The notes below the pieces were generated by a model, which did not search any database, was not told the DNA's origin, and saw only the letters and a list, made by a program, of their open reading frames with translations. From NCBI RefSeq assembly GCF_004010195.1, contig NC_057749.1, positions 15,258,436 to 15,308,555 of the forward strand: 50,120 bases of DNA. Direction: 5' to 3'. The position numbers and the translations under genes are program-made. This DNA comes from Chiloscyllium plagiosum (lineage: Eukaryota). Below are positions 11,869 through 25,359 of the stretch, piece by piece. Positions within the stretch are counted from its first letter, which is position 1. Each line of letters starts with the position of its first letter.

Positions 11869-12094
11869 CTATAATTAATCCCTCCAACCACTCTGTGAAG
11901 TGTTGGGATATTTGAGATTATTATATAAGCTTGAACCACTGGAACTGGCAGATAGGACTTCAGTTCAACTCTCCAACTGACAAATGGCACATGTAACAAT
12001 GTCATAATTCCTCCTTCCTGAAATGGAGAGTCAGCCTTGATGATAAGCACAGTGCCTCATAGAGATCTTACTGATGAAAGAATCCCTGATAGTC

Positions 12095-12290
12095 ATGGCG
12101 CTTTGGAAAAATGGTGAGAGTTCCTGCAGTTGACTACCCCCCAGCTGTAAATGTGGATATCAGGGGAGAACAGTCAGGTAGAGCTGTACGGACGCATCCA
12201 CACTCAAAATATCCCTACCTTTGTCAGGTTTTCCCTGACACTCACAATCTAGGTTCTGATATGAAGAATTGCAATGAAGAAGATGGGAAG
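12095..12290 (+). mobile_element. LF-SINE-like remnant
   Basis: gttcctgc…tgtggatatcaggggagaacag…gacactcacaatctaggttctgatatgaagaat. Confidence 0.5.
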
Positions 12291-12449
12291 TCTTACGGTG
12301 CATTGGGTAGCTTCCCTGATTGAGCTGGAAGCTCTGGATTCAAATACCACGCCAGGACATGACAGTCAAGAAAGGTGTGTTCAAAACACAGCCAAACAGA
12401 TTGAGGATCAACTTCTAACTCCTTTCAACAGATACAAATAGAATGAAAG

Positions 12450-12716
12450 ATCATAGAATCCCTACAGCGTGGAAGCAGACCATTCAACCCATTGAGTCCA
12501 CAGCGACCCTCCAAAGGACATCCCACCCAGATCCACCCCCCTGCCCTTTCTGTGGCCAATTCACCTGACCTGCACATCTTTGGACTGTGGGAGGAAACCA
12601 GAGCATCCGGAGGAAACCCACGCAGACACAGGGAGAATGTGCAAACTCCACACAGACGGTCACCCAAGGTTGGAATCGAACCCAAGTTCTTGGCACTGTG
12701 AGGCAGTAATGCCAAC
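12450..12716 (-). mobile_element. HE1-like (V-SINE) tRNA-derived SINE
   Basis: V-domain tgtgtggagtttgcacattctccc…ggtttcctccgg…tcccacagtccaaagatgtgcagg on the minus strand. Confidence 0.9.
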
Positions 12717-13880
12717 TAGTGAGCGGTGTCACCCGGGAGAGAGGCCTGGTAAGCCATGTGATGGACCAAGATCTACCATCACACTTCATAATTTGATGAC
12801 AACATGCATGTCCATATGCGTGTTGCCATAGCAACTCAGATTCCTTGTAGGGGGCAGTTGGCTGGTCAGCTGGTGTGGATTAGACTGGTACCAACATCAC
12901 AGGGTTTGATCCAAGCTCCTTCCGGTGCAGATCGTAATGCCTTGGGTCAGACCAGCCTTTGGAGAAATCTATAAATAGATGTGAGGAAGGTGTTGCTCAA
13001 AGACCAGCACCTCAAAAACAATCAGGCCTTCAGGAGAAGTGAACAGGAACGTTGAGCTACAGTGCATCATATTTGAAAGTTTCCATGTATTCTGACAATA
13101 GTATGAGGGATCAAAATTAATAGTTGCTCATACAAAAGAAAATCAAATGTGAGGACGAGTAAGAGCTGTAAACATTTTAAAAATAAACTAAAAGTCCTTG
13201 AATGCACGGACTCGGAGCAATTTCTGTGTGATAGCTCACACAGGATACTGCTCAGTATTGATCCAACCTGCCTTGGTTATACTACAGTCACAGTGGGATA
13301 AATTAGAGTATTTAACACAAAGGTCATGGCTCAAACTGCATGCAACTTATCCACAATCACCAACAGTGTGGTTTAACCATGCTGGTGTGACTCCAGACAA
13401 CATAGGCTGGGGGCGCTTGCATTGCAACACTGTCCCTAGCTATCCTACCTTCATTTTTAAAGATAGGTACTCTCAGTTTTCTCCTCTCTCCAAGTTGCTG
13501 ACTCATTCTTGCGTTTGGATTAATAGGGGCCATCACTGTTTAGAACCTTCTCCATTCTTTATGATTCCCAGACACTGGGTTAGATTTAGGCTTTGAGCAC
13601 TGATGTAAAACACATGATAGTCAGTGGGGAAAACCTCCCCCGATTTTAATTTCTGCTGAGCTTGGTAGGGCAGAGGAGTACAATGATATCATATACAGTC
13701 AAATCTGCCCCCAGGGTGTGGAGACACACTATTTGATTAGGGAGCACATAGTGGTAGAAATGGATTCGATAGAAAGTTCATAAAATGTCCATAAAATGTA
13801 GACAATTGGGGAATTATGGAGAAAGAGTGGCCATAAATTGGATAACACTTTCAAACAGCCAGAGCCTCTATGATGGACAG

Positions 13881-14200
13881 GGGGTGGCATAGAGGTAAGC
13901 ACTGCTGCCTCACAGTGCCAGGCAACCCCAGTTCATTTCTAACCTTGAGTGACTGTATTTGTGGAGTTTGCACGTTTTCCCCATGCCTGTGTGTGTTTAC
14001 TCTGGGTGTTCCAGTTTCCTCCCACAGTCCAAAGATGTGCAAATTAGGTGGATTTGCACGTAGTGTTCAAGGATGTGCAGGCTAGGTGAATTAGCTGTGG
14101 GAAAGTGGATAGGGTGGGGTGTCCTTCAGCGGATTGGTGCAGACTCGATGGGCCGAATGTTGTCAGTATTGACCTCCATCTGCACGGTAGGGATTCTATG
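13881..14200 (+). mobile_element. HE1-like SINE
   Basis: tRNA-like head, V-domain and gggattctatg tail. Confidence 0.9.
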
Positions 14201-14279
14201 AACAGAACGGCTTCCTTTAATGTAATATAATGGTCCAATAATGTTCCCACTCAATATCAACATAGACTCCTGGTCTATA

Positions 14280-14650
14280 ATAGAAGCATAGGACAGGTGC
14301 AGGCCATTTGGCTCACTGAACTCATTCTGCTATTCATCTAGATCATAGCTGATCATCTACCTCAACCCTATTTCTCCATACTATCCCCAAAATCCATGAC
14401 ATCTCTAATATCTAGAAACCTACAGATTTCTGTTTTGAACCAGCTCAATGATGGAGGTTTCACATCCCTCTAGAGTAGCAAATTCACAACCTATTCAGTG
14501 AAGAACCTCATCCTCAGTTCAATCCTGCCCTCATTCTGAGACTGTGCCCTCTGATTCTAGACCCCCATCCTCCCCACTCCCCCACCAGCCCCACCCAGTC
14601 AGAGGAAACAACCCTCTGCACCTTCCCTGTCAAGTCCCATATGTTTCAAT
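14280..14650 (-). mobile_element. Older CR1 3' fragment
   Basis: Similar to 10165-10510. Confidence 0.65.
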
Positions 14651-15180
14651 ACAAGGAACACTGGAGGGTGATCAGGTTAGTAATGTAATTTTCCCACCTC
14701 ACTGATGTGGGGAACAGTAAATCCAATTGCATTATTTCTCCCACCGGTGACTTTAGTGAGTTCCGCACTGACTGGGGATCTGAAGCTGGGATTTCCACAA
14801 CACACCGGGTGGTTCCATTAACCACTGGTGCCTTTGGGTAGGCATTTGCTCACTTTTACACCCAAATAAATCTAGGAAATGTTTACTAGATAGATTAGGA
14901 TTTGATTGACCCAAAGCGGTTTGTAAATTGGAAAAGAAAACCTCTAGATAACGTTAGTATTTAAGTGTGAAAGAGCAGTGGACAAGATGATGTGAATCAG
15001 GTGGTTTAAGAGCACTGTAAAATTCCAAATCATTCCAAGGTGTATAAAAGACTGGGAGAGTCAGCAGTTCTACAGTTCTGATTTTTCAGGAAAGAATGGG
15101 TGTTTTTGCATGGCCACCCCAATTTAGGAAGAGTGGTGTTTTATCCACCTCTTGATGTAATCTCCCCACCATACATTTCA

Positions 15181-15505
15181 GGGTGGCACGGTGGCTCAGT
15201 GGTTAGCACTACTGCCTCACAGCGTCAGGGATCTGGATTTCGTTCCAGCCTTGGGCGAAATTTACACATTCTCCCCTTATCTGTGTGGGTTTCCTCTAGG
15301 TGCTCCACTTACCTGCCACAAACCAAAGATGTGCAAGTTAGGTGGATTGGCCCTGTAGTGTCCAGGGATGTATAGGCTAGGTGAATTAACCATGGAAAAT
15401 GCAGAGATACAGGAATGAGGTGAGTCTGGTTGAGATGCTTTTTGAAGGGTCAACATAATTCGATGGGCCAAAGAGCCTGCTTCCACACTGTAGGGATTCT
15501 ATGAT
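15181..15505 (+). mobile_element. HE1-like SINE
   Basis: ggcacggtggctcagtggttagcactactgcctcacagcg head; tail present. Confidence 0.9.
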
Positions 15506-15819
15506 TTCCATTCAGCACCAGTCTGAGATGCATCAGACAAATGAGCAGTGGGTTACATTATTCACTAAAACTTGTATATTTCTGAGTAGCACCAATGACA
15601 CACGAGATCTCACATCTGTACTGTCTGCTGCCTCCATACAACATATAAACACTAAAAGGAATTAGATATTGCTGAGAAGAGAGACATGTTGTTGAAACTT
15701 TACTACTCATCTGGACGAACACAAGAAGGCCAAATTTTCAAACAATCGCAACAATTTACACTACAGAAGAAAAGGATGTTGACTGATAGATAAGTGGATT
15801 TTGATTGGCCCAGGGCTTG

Positions 15820-16400
15820 ACATAGACCATAGGGTTATACAGCATGGAAGCAGAGCCTTTGGTCCAACCAGTCCATGCCAAACATAATCCTGAACTAAAC
15901 TAGTCCCACCTGCCTGCTCCTGGCCCATATCCCTCCAAACCTTTCCTATACAATTACTTATCCAAATGTCTTTTAAACATTGTAATTGTACCCACATCCA
16001 CCACTTCCTCAGGAAGTTCATTCTACACGCAAACCACCCTGGTGTAAAAGATTTTCCCTATATCTTTTTTAAATCTCTCTCCTCTCACCTTAAAAAATAT
16101 GCCCCCTAGTCTTAAATTCTCCCACCCTATGGAAAAGACAACTACCATTCACCCTATCTATACTCTTCTTGATTTTATAAACTTCTCTCAACCTCTATGC
16201 GTTAGTGAAAAAGTCCCAGCCTATTCAGCCTTTGTAACTCAAACATTCTATATCCAGCAACATCCTGGTAAATCCCTTCTGAACCCTCTCCAGCCTGTTA
16301 ATATCCTTCCCATAACTGGGCGACAAGAACTGGACACAATATTCCAGAAGAGGCCTCACTGATTTCCCATACATGGCGTCAACATGGCGTCCCAGCTCCG
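15820..16400 (-). mobile_element. CR1/HER1 3' fragment
   Basis: RPLLEYCVQFLSPSYGKDINRLERVQKGFTRML. Confidence 0.88.
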
Positions 16401-16721
16401 AGAGCAACCATTGCTTTTTGAATGTACAACTGCCAGGAAGAGCCAGTGGAGGCTAGCAACAAGAGAGCAGTTCCGCAGTGCTGCAGAGTAAAATGACAGA
16501 ACTGACAGTATACTAACTGCCTTTGGAAGCTTGTCTTCGTAGTTATGAGTACAATACAAATGGAACATAGGATGCATTCAGTGCTCATTTGGAAAAAAAA
16601 TAATATATTGCTTGAGGCAAATTAGAAGATTCCACTTTAGAAGATCAATTCATGATTTCCAATCTTAGTTGACTTAGTTGATCTCTGTCAGAAGGTTCAA
16701 TTCAGAAAGAGTCAAAATGAA

Positions 16722-17040
16722 GCGGCACGATGGCACAGTGGTTAGCACTGCTGCCTCACATCGCCAGAGACCCAGTTTCAATTCCCGCCTCAGGTGACTC
16801 TCTATGTGGAGTTTGCACATTCTCCCCATGTCTGTGTGGGTTTCCTCCGGGTGCTCCAGTCTCCTCCCACAATCCAAAAATGTGCAGGTCAGGTTAATTG
16901 GCCATGCTAAATTGCCCGTAGTGTTAGATGAAGGGGTAAATGTAGGGGAATGGGTCTGGGTGGGTTGGGCTTCGGTGGGTCGGTGTGAACTTGTTGGGCC
17001 GTAGTGCCTGTTTCCACACTGTAAGTAATCTAAATCTAAG
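16722..17040 (+). mobile_element. HE1 SINE (full length)
   Basis: Head with A/B-box-like motifs, V-domain and aatctaaatct tail. Confidence 0.92.
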
Positions 17041-17139
17041 TAATACAAGTTTCTGAGTACCTTTGGACTAACCTCCTTCCCATCACAATAATGACATTTA
17101 GTGTGTTCTTAACATAGAAAATCAGACAGTGTTAAATGC

Positions 17140-18675
17140 CTTCTAACCCTATCCTTGTAACCTGCATTTCCCATCGCTAACCCACCTAGCCTACACACTA
17201 TTGGAAATTTAGCATGGCCATTGGTGGTGGGCAAGTTGTTGGAGGGAATCCTGAGGGACAGGATGTACATGTATTTGGAAAGGCAAGGACTGATTAGGGA
17301 TAGTCAACATGGCTTTGAGCATTAGAAATCACGTCTCACGAACTTGATAGAGTTTTTGAAAAAGTAACAAAGGGGATTGAGGAGGGAAGATCTATATCTT
17401 CAGTAAGGCATTCGACAAGGTTCCTCGTGGTAGACTGGTTACCAAGATTAGATCTCATGAAATACAGGGAGAACTGGCCATTTGGATACAGAACTGGCAC
17501 GAAGAGGGTGGTGGTGGAGGGTTGTTTTTCAGACTGAAGGCCTGTGACCAGTGGAATACCACAAGGATCGGTGTTGGATCCACTGCTTTTGTCATTTATA
17601 TAAATGATTTGGATATGAACACAGGAGGAATAGTTAGTAAGTTTGCAGATGACACCAAAATTGGAAGTGTAGTGGACAGCAAAAAAAGGTTACCTCAGAT
17701 TACAATGGGATCGTGATCAGATGGGCCAATGGGCTGAGGAGTGGCAGATGAAGTTTAATTTAGATAAATGTGAGCTGCTGCATTATGGGAAAGCAAATCA
17801 AAGCAAGACTTATACACTTAATGGTAAGGTCCTAGGGAGTGTTGCTGATCAAAAAGGCCTTGGAGTGCAGGTTCATAGCTCCTTGAAAACAGAGTCGCAG
17901 GTAGATAGGATTGTGAAGAAGGTATGCTTTCCTTTATTGGTCAGAGTATTGAGTACAGGAGTTGGGAGGTCATGTTGTGGCTGTACAGGACATTGGTTAG
18001 GCCACTTTTGGAATATTCCTTGCAGTTCAAGTCTCCTTCCTATCACAAGGATGTTGTGAAACTTGAAAGGGTTCAGAAAAGATTTACAAGGATGTTGCCA
18101 GGGTTGGAGAATTTGAGCGATAGGGAGAGGCTGAATAGGCTGAGGCTGTTTTCCCTGGAGCATCGAAGGCTGAGAGGTGACTGTATAGAGGTTTATAAAA
18201 TCATGAGGGGCATGGATAGGATAAATAGACAAAGTCTTTTCCCTAGGGTCGGGGAGTCCAGAACGAGAGGGCATAGGTTTAGGGTGAGAGGGGAAAGATA
18301 TAAAAGGGACTTCTGAGGCCAATTTTTCACACAGAGGCTGGTAGGTGTATGTAATGAGCTGTCAGAGCAAGTGGTGGAGGCTGGTACAATTGCAACATTT
18401 AAAAGGCATCTGGATGGATATATGAATAGGAAGGGTTTAGAGGGATATGAGCTGGGTGCTGGCAAATAGATTGGGTTGGGATATCTGGTCGGCATGGACT
18501 AGTTGGACTGAAGGCTCTGTTTCCGTGCTTTACATCTCTATGACTCTAATCCACCCTAATCTGTACATTTTGGGACCGTGGGAGGAAACTGGAGCAAACC
18601 CATACAGACATGGAGAGAACATGCAAACTCCACACAGACAGTCACACGAACGTGGAATTGAACCAGGATCCTCAC
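17140..18675 (-). mobile_element. HE1-like SINE split by a CR1 insertion (halves about 17140-17220 and 18549-18675)
   Basis: gcatggcca | aatccaccctaatctgtacatt joins into contiguous SINE sequence. Confidence 0.7.
17221..18548 (+). mobile_element. CR1/HER1 LINE, 5'-truncated RT region
   Basis: FVIYINDLD…SKFADDTKIG; LYRTLVRPLLEYS…ESRTRGHRF. Confidence 0.92.
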
Positions 18676-18810
18676 GGGTTTCCTTCGGGTGCTCCGGTTT
18701 CGTCCCACAGCCCAAAGATGTTCAGGTTAAGTGTATTGGCCATGTTAAATTTTCCATAGTGTGCAGGTTAGGTGAGTTGGCCATGGTAAATGCTTCCACA
18801 CTGTAGGGGT
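18676..18810 (+). mobile_element. Truncated HE1-like SINE
   Basis: gggtttccttcgggtgctccggtttcgtcccacagcccaaagatg. Confidence 0.75.
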
Positions 18811-19069
18811 CCTCTGAAATTTCTTACTTAGTCCTGGACCTCTTATCCTTAAAGTATGACTTTGGTTCTGGATCCCGCACCACTGAGAACATCCTTCCTT
18901 CACTCTAACCTGTCTAGTCCTGTTAAATGTTTTTATATTTCTGTGAAATACCCCGCTCATTCTTCTCAACTTCAGTGAATAGAATCCCAGGAGGGATCTC
19001 AGGAGATATTGATAGAGAGGGACATAAAGGCATTTGGCAAAACAGATTCCAGAGAGCTTGAAAGGGTTC

Positions 19070-19920
19070 AACTGCTGAGTCTCTCATCTCAGTTTCCTCA
19101 TCACGTTACAGCGCTGGCTCCAATCCATCTCTACCGGAGATCCTGTTCCACATTTTCGAATTGTACATACTTTGCTTATGACGAATGGACGCAACCGGCC
19201 ATCTGAAAAACCTGGGCGGGATTACAATGCTCGCTTTGGATCTGGAGCGAGTCGGCGAACACACAAAAAAACAGACTTAAAGACAGCGTTTGCAGGCACC
19301 ATGTGGCCCGTACATTAAAAAAATTCGAATAAATTAATGCATTTGCAGTTTGCGCTTGAAATGCACGGCATTCGCAAGATGCAACTCCTGTCTACGAGAC
19401 TGCATCGAAAAAATGTCGATTAATTTCGTAAAAGCGACCTTTCGGACGATGTTTACGAAACGATTTTTAAAATCCTTATGAAATCGCCATCAGATCGCGC
19501 TCCCGGAGGGAAACGTGCACCTCTTTAATTGGCTCGTTTCAAGCATTTTTTTCGCTCACTCCCCAAATAACAGAGGCAAAGATGGGAGGGAGAGGGCAAA
19601 GGGAGATGCAAGGGTTTTGTAAATTCTGTGCGTTTTGCACAGAGTGACGGCGAGAGGTTCGCACGCTAATGAAACATTCGCTGCTCATCTCGTCCTAAAT
19701 GTCAGTTCGTTGCTGAACACGCTTTTTGTTTTAATCTCCCCAGGACCGATGTGGGGTAAATAAATCGATGGATGTTATTAACAGTTTAAATTGGCTTTTT
19801 TTTCTTCTGGAAATATATTTCGGCGTACTTGGAGAAATTGCACTTAAAAAGCCAGGGGCTACTTATTGTTGTTTTACAGGACAGAATAATTCGACAAGAT
19901 TCGTTCAAACGAGTATATGC
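19070..19920. promoter_or_regulatory. CpG-retaining, transposon-free region (candidate promoter or enhancer)
   Basis: Visibly dense CpG compared with the CpG-depleted flanks; GC box gggcggg at about 19214; attgg at about 19528. Confidence 0.55.
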
Positions 19921-22009
19921 AATTAAATAATCCCTTTATGTATCCATTTATCTACCAAAATTGTTTTCAAGCCCAATTGGTGAAACATTAATTTATTTTT
20001 TTAAAAATCTGCATCCAACGAATAAATATAGTTCAAAAAAATTTTTCAAAAGGTGACCAATCATACTATATAATTAAACAAAACTTGGAATATGGTGACC
20101 TACATGGATTCAGTGACTAGCCCACTTCCCTGTTTTCAAGAAGCCTTTCTGAACGATTCAATCTTCAGCCCACACCCCTCCTCCCCCCGCCGTGTACCTT
20201 CACCCCTCCCGCCCAGTCGCCTCTGTTTTCCATTCTTCTTCATTGTAATCATCTCCCTGAACACAGTGTGACAGAACACTTGTGGCTAAAGTTATATCCC
20301 ATCAACCCTGGTTTATTTTAGTGTTCAATTTTGTGAACAATTTATTAATTTTGCATTATTTTGATGCGTGCAATTCACTGGGTCAGAAACCAGAGAGGAA
20401 AACATAATTTTGATGCCTTCCCCCATGTGTTTAATTGAACAACACATCTCAAAACAACACCAGTAATCTGCAAAATCAGTAAATTGTTAACCGGATTGGG
20501 ATTTATTGGTAAACTATTCTACAATCAAATGGACTATTTTAGTTTGTGTTATTCTTAAAGAAAGGACCATATTCATAAAAAGTTGTGCTAACCACAGTCT
20601 GAAAGTAACATACTTCTGTTGAGTAACTATGACTCAATTTATATACGGCAGGGCTGGCTATTCAAATGCAGTATGTCAGGAACAAATTGAGACTTAGTAA
20701 AGATTTCCTTACACCAGATTTGCATACATGTGGATTTGCCTGCATTCAGCAGGGTTGCTACAGCAATTATGGTGAATCCCTGTTTCTTTCTGGTTGGGGG
20801 TTGGTGGTTGGGAAGACTGGAAACAGAGTCCAGATGACATAGTTTTGCCTAAGGGATCCAATGCTAACACTATGAGATCACCCCAAACATAACAAAAGCT
20901 AAACTCTCCAGAAAGGAAAACGAGTGACTCATGTATGATATTTCATATACCCTACAATCATTTCACTTAAATTAAGATTACATTTTGCCAACTTGCAATT
21001 CTTCCTCAATTCGTTCAATCAAAATCCAAGAAAATTTGGTTGCAATTTTTCTGGTGGAGCAGTTGTTTTGTTCCAGCATAATGATTGCTTTCAATGGTAA
21101 GAACATTAAAACATGGTATCATTTATGGTTACAGGAGACGGATCAACAGCTTTCGAAGTTTAAAATGTTAGGAAACCCCCTCGAATACTGACACAATTTC
21201 AGGAAATCTCCTTGTCCTGGGTGTCTAGGAGGGTGTCCATTATCCTAAGAAAAACAGACCTTTCACTGCAGAAAACTCCTGCTATTTGTACAGAGCAAGT
21301 GAAGTAATCATCTGGTCAGTCAACAAGTACAGAGCAATACAGAATTCAGACGAAGGGAGATGTAAATCAGATCACGTTAATTACCCTTTTTAAGGCTACA
21401 AATCCAATTGGAAGATGTGTTAGATCTGATCCAGAATAAAACTTCACACATTTTATATTAAATCAGAATACAAATAAATATATTCAGGTAATTTAAATTG
21501 TTGTTTGGAGCAACTAGCCTGCTCTCTTTAGCTTTGACTCTCATGTACAAAGTCCTGCCAATTAATGAGACACATACACAGCATGTATTAGACTGGTGAC
21601 TGGTAGATTTCATTTACGTTTCTGATAATAAAGTTCTGGAAAATCAGAATGAGAAATAAAACTGTGACTGAACAGTTTGTTTCAAAAACTCTCAAATTAT
21701 TATTACATATCATGTGAAATTCCTTGTGTTTGAACGCAGTTGAAGGTAGTGCTCAGGTTGATTATGTTTCAGAGTTTCAACTGTACAATTTAACTTTGTC
21801 AATTACATCTGCCTTGTTGCTTTGGTTTTCAAAGTGTGTCAAAATAAAGAAAATATTTAAAGTACCATTCTGCATTCATACGATTATTAAGTAAACGAGG
21901 TGTTGTCGATATTAATTTCTACACAGTTTGCTTTAGTGATCAGCTATTTATTTACTGAGGGGAAATCAAGTGTGGGACGCTATCCAGGGGTAGAGCAGTT
22001 CACTTGATC

Positions 22010-22310
22010 GTATGTCTGCCATCAAACTCAATACCCATTCTCTCCAGCACTGCCACACAGTGGCTGCAATCTGTTAGTATCTGCACAACGCACTGCAACA
22101 GCTCACAGGTATGTTTTGACAGCCCCACAGCTGAAAATGATAAGAGTTGCAAAATCACAGGAATAGCAATAACTCCGAGTTGCTCCCAAGTGGCACACTA
22201 GTCTAAAGTATACACAGATCGGCATGGAGTTAGAATTCCAGAATTCTCAGCTTAACTTCACCAGTGCAAAGGTGATATGAACAGAATCTTCACCCCATTC
22301 TCAGGATAAC
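22010..22310 (+). mobile_element. Old CR1/L2-clade LINE 3' remnant
   Basis: cacagtggctgc…atctgcacaacgcactgcaacagctcaca; same family as 4030-4520. Confidence 0.6.
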
Positions 22311-22439
22311 CACACCGATGGACCAAAAATACGTTCTAGTCAACATCACTCACATGCTGATAAATGAATAATAACTCAATGGCTTCGGATCTTTATTTAC
22401 GCATTGAATTATGTTTATATAGTAACTTTATCTTAGTAA

Positions 22440-24050
22440 AATGACTCCTGTGTGACACAGAAGCACCAGCAAACAAAATTTGACCCTTAACCACAAAAGG
22501 AGATATGACATTAGAGATTCAAAGAGATCTTAAGTAGCAGATTGAAGTAGCAAAAGGAGTTGGAGAGTTTCAGGGAGAGAATTCCAGAGCATAGAGCCCT
22601 GGCAGCTGAAGGTATAATTGCCATTGGTGCACTGATTTTAATCAAGGAAGCACTAGAGTTGAAGATTGAAAGAGGACAGACACAGTCATACAGCAAGGAA
22701 ACAGATCATTCAGTCTAACTTGTCCACACTGACCAGACATCCCAATCTGCCTACTCCCATTTACCAGTATTTGGCTCATCTCCCTCTAAACCTTTCCTAT
22801 TCATGCATCCATCCAGATACCTTTTAAATGCTGTATTTGTACCAGCCTCCATCATTTCCTCTGGCAGCTCGTTGCATACACTCACCACCCTCCATGTGAA
22901 AATGTTACCCCTTGGGTCCCTTTTAAATCTTTCCCTTTTCACCTTAAATCTATTTCCTCTAGTTCTGGACTCCCCCACCGTTGGAACAAGACTTTGGCTA
23001 TTCACCCTATCCACGCCCGTATGATTTTACAAACCTCTATAAGGTCACCCCTCAGCCTCTGATGCTCCAGGGAGAAAAGCCCCAGCTTATTCAGCCTCTT
23101 CCTATAACTCAAACCCTCCAGTCCCGGCGACACCGTTGTAAATCTTTTCTGTAACCTCTCAAATTTAATAACATCCTTCCTATAGAAGGGTGACCAGAAC
23201 TGTACACCTTATTCTAAAAGTGGCCTCACCATGTCCTCTACAGCTGCAACATAACGTCCTAAATCCTATATTCAGTGTTTTGACTAAGAAGACAAGCGTG
23301 CCAAATGCCTTTGTTATCATCCTGTCTACTTGCGACTTCACTTTCAAGGAACTATGCGCCTGCACCCCTAGCTGTCTTTTTTTGGCAACACTTCCCAGGC
23401 CTTGCCATTAACTGTAAAAGTCCTTCTTTGAGGATTGTAAGAGAGAGGAGTGTTAGAAGAGAGGACAGAGAGAGGCAATATCAAGGATCGGAGTTTAAAT
23501 CAATCCATTGCTTAGCCCATAGTCACTGCAGATCAGCTGGCACTGGGATAATGAGTGAATGGGATTTGGTGCAAAGTAGGACATGGGCAATGGAGATGGA
23601 TCACTTCAAGTTTACATCTGACAGAATACAGGAGACCAGCAAGAAGTGCATTGACATTGTCAGAGGTAGCAAAGGAATAGATGAGTTTCAGCAGTAAATG
23701 AGCTAAGCCAAGACCAGAGTAAGACAATGTTATGAATGTGCATACAAGTGGTTAATGAAGGTCAGTTATGTGGTCAGAAGCTAATTACAAAGTTAAATGT
23801 AACACCAAACACGGAAAAAGTCTGGTTCAACTTCAGAATATTGCCCTGGAGAGGGATGGAGGAAATGGCTAGGGAACAATTTTTGTGATGGGGTCTGAAG
23901 ATAATGACTTCATCGTCTTATTGTTTAGTTAGAGGGAATTCTTGCTGACGCAGTACCAGACGTCGTGCCACCAGACAATTTATAAACAGTGGAGGGTTTG
24001 AGAGAAGTACTTGTGAGGCAGAATCTCGGGGCAATGTGGAAGTCAACACT
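22440..24050 (-). mobile_element. Old L2 LINE remnant interrupted by CR1
   Basis: agggagagaattccagagcatagagccctggcagctgaagg is a typical L2 3' region; continues after 23430. Confidence 0.6.
22680..23420 (-). mobile_element. CR1/HER1 3' fragment
   Basis: GESRTRGNRFKVKRERFKRDPRGNIFTWRVV. Confidence 0.9.
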
Positions 24051-24179
24051 ATGTTTTATATTGTCTACCACTTGCCCTAAACTGTCATCAGATTCCTGTT
24101 GAAGTTACACGAGTTAGAATTTAAATACCGAAATTAGCTGCGCATTGCTTTCAGTTGCTTACCCAGGATCTCAGTTAAA

Positions 24180-24305
24180 GAATCAAAGAATCATACAACA
24201 TAGAAATAGACCCTTTGGTCCAACTCATCCATGCCAACCAGGTATCCGAAATTTAACTAGTCCCATTTGACTGCATTTGGCCCTTATCCCTCTAAGCCCT
24301 TCCAG
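24180..24305 (-). mobile_element. CR1 3' tail
   Basis: gaatcatacaacatagaaatagaccctttggtccaactc. Confidence 0.75.
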
Positions 24306-24328
24306 TTGGTGAGTGGTGAGGAGGTTTT

Positions 24329-24637
24329 GATTAGATTCCCTACAGTGCGGAAACAGGCCCTTCGGCCCAGCCAGTCCACACCGACCCTCCGAAGAGTAAC
24401 CTACCCAGACCCATTTCCCTCCGACTAAGGCACCTAACACTATGGGCAATTTAGCATGGCCAATTCACCTGACCCGCACATCTTTAGACTGTGGGAGGAA
24501 ACCGGAGCACCCAGAGGAAACCCACGCAGACACGGGGAGAATGTGCAAACTCCACACAGTCACCCAAGGCTGGAATTGAACCTGGGACCCTGGTGCTGTG
24601 AGGCAGCAGTGCTAACCACTGAGCCACTGTGCTGCCA
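24329..24637 (-). mobile_element. HE1 SINE
   Basis: Near-consensus V-domain, head and tail. Confidence 0.92.
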
Positions 24638-25359
24638 CCAGGTATGTCGCTCGGAAGGACTATTGCCAGAAAATGTGGTAATATCGGAAGACCCAGGTGA
24701 ATTAGTAATTGTGGAAATGTTTTGGCCACAGTTTTTGGGGTAAAACCAGCCAGTTTTTACTGGATGGGGTACCTCAAGCTCTTTTCCAGTGAGTGTTGTT
24801 AGGTTACTGAACTGAAGGGAACATTAAAATTGGGTCTAAATATGTTCACACTCAAATATTTCCGATGGGTCTCCTTGAATAGCATTCAGAAGCAGGAAGT
24901 CCAGTGAAATTTTCTCTGTCTAACCAATTGCAACACTCCCTACTCTTTGAGATTAGCTAACTCAGGGTGAACATTAGCTTCCTGGATTAGGAAAATGGTT
25001 ACTTATGATGTAAACCCACTGGGTGACCCAGTGCATTACTGTTCTTCGCCGTTTTATCATCCCTTAATCAGACAGTACAAACGTTAGGACTTTAACTCCT
25101 ACAAATATATAGTCTTTTTATGTGAACCTTCAAATCTCTTGAAATAATCTTTTTGTCTATATGTACTCAAATAAGTTGATTTATCAAGATCAAATAAGGT
25201 TTTAGTTTATAAATATTGCACTAATTCATGTCATTCTCCTTAGTTTCCACCGAATAAAATGGAATAAAACAGTGTTTATGCCTTAAGTTTTCAGTTTTCA
25301 GATACAGCTTTAAATGTCAATGTTACATTTTTAAAAAATATTTCAGCAAAGGAAGAAAA

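Noticed and set aside
12425..12834. Recurrent ORFs such as CGVCTFSPC and HPEETHAD as a protein family
   Set aside because: Translations of HE1 SINE copies
15181..15250. tRNA gene
   Set aside because: tRNA-derived SINE head continuing into the V-domain; the same applies to the other SINE copies
15509..15530. REST/NRSE site (ttcagcacc)
   Set aside because: Only the left half-site is present; the ggacag half is absent
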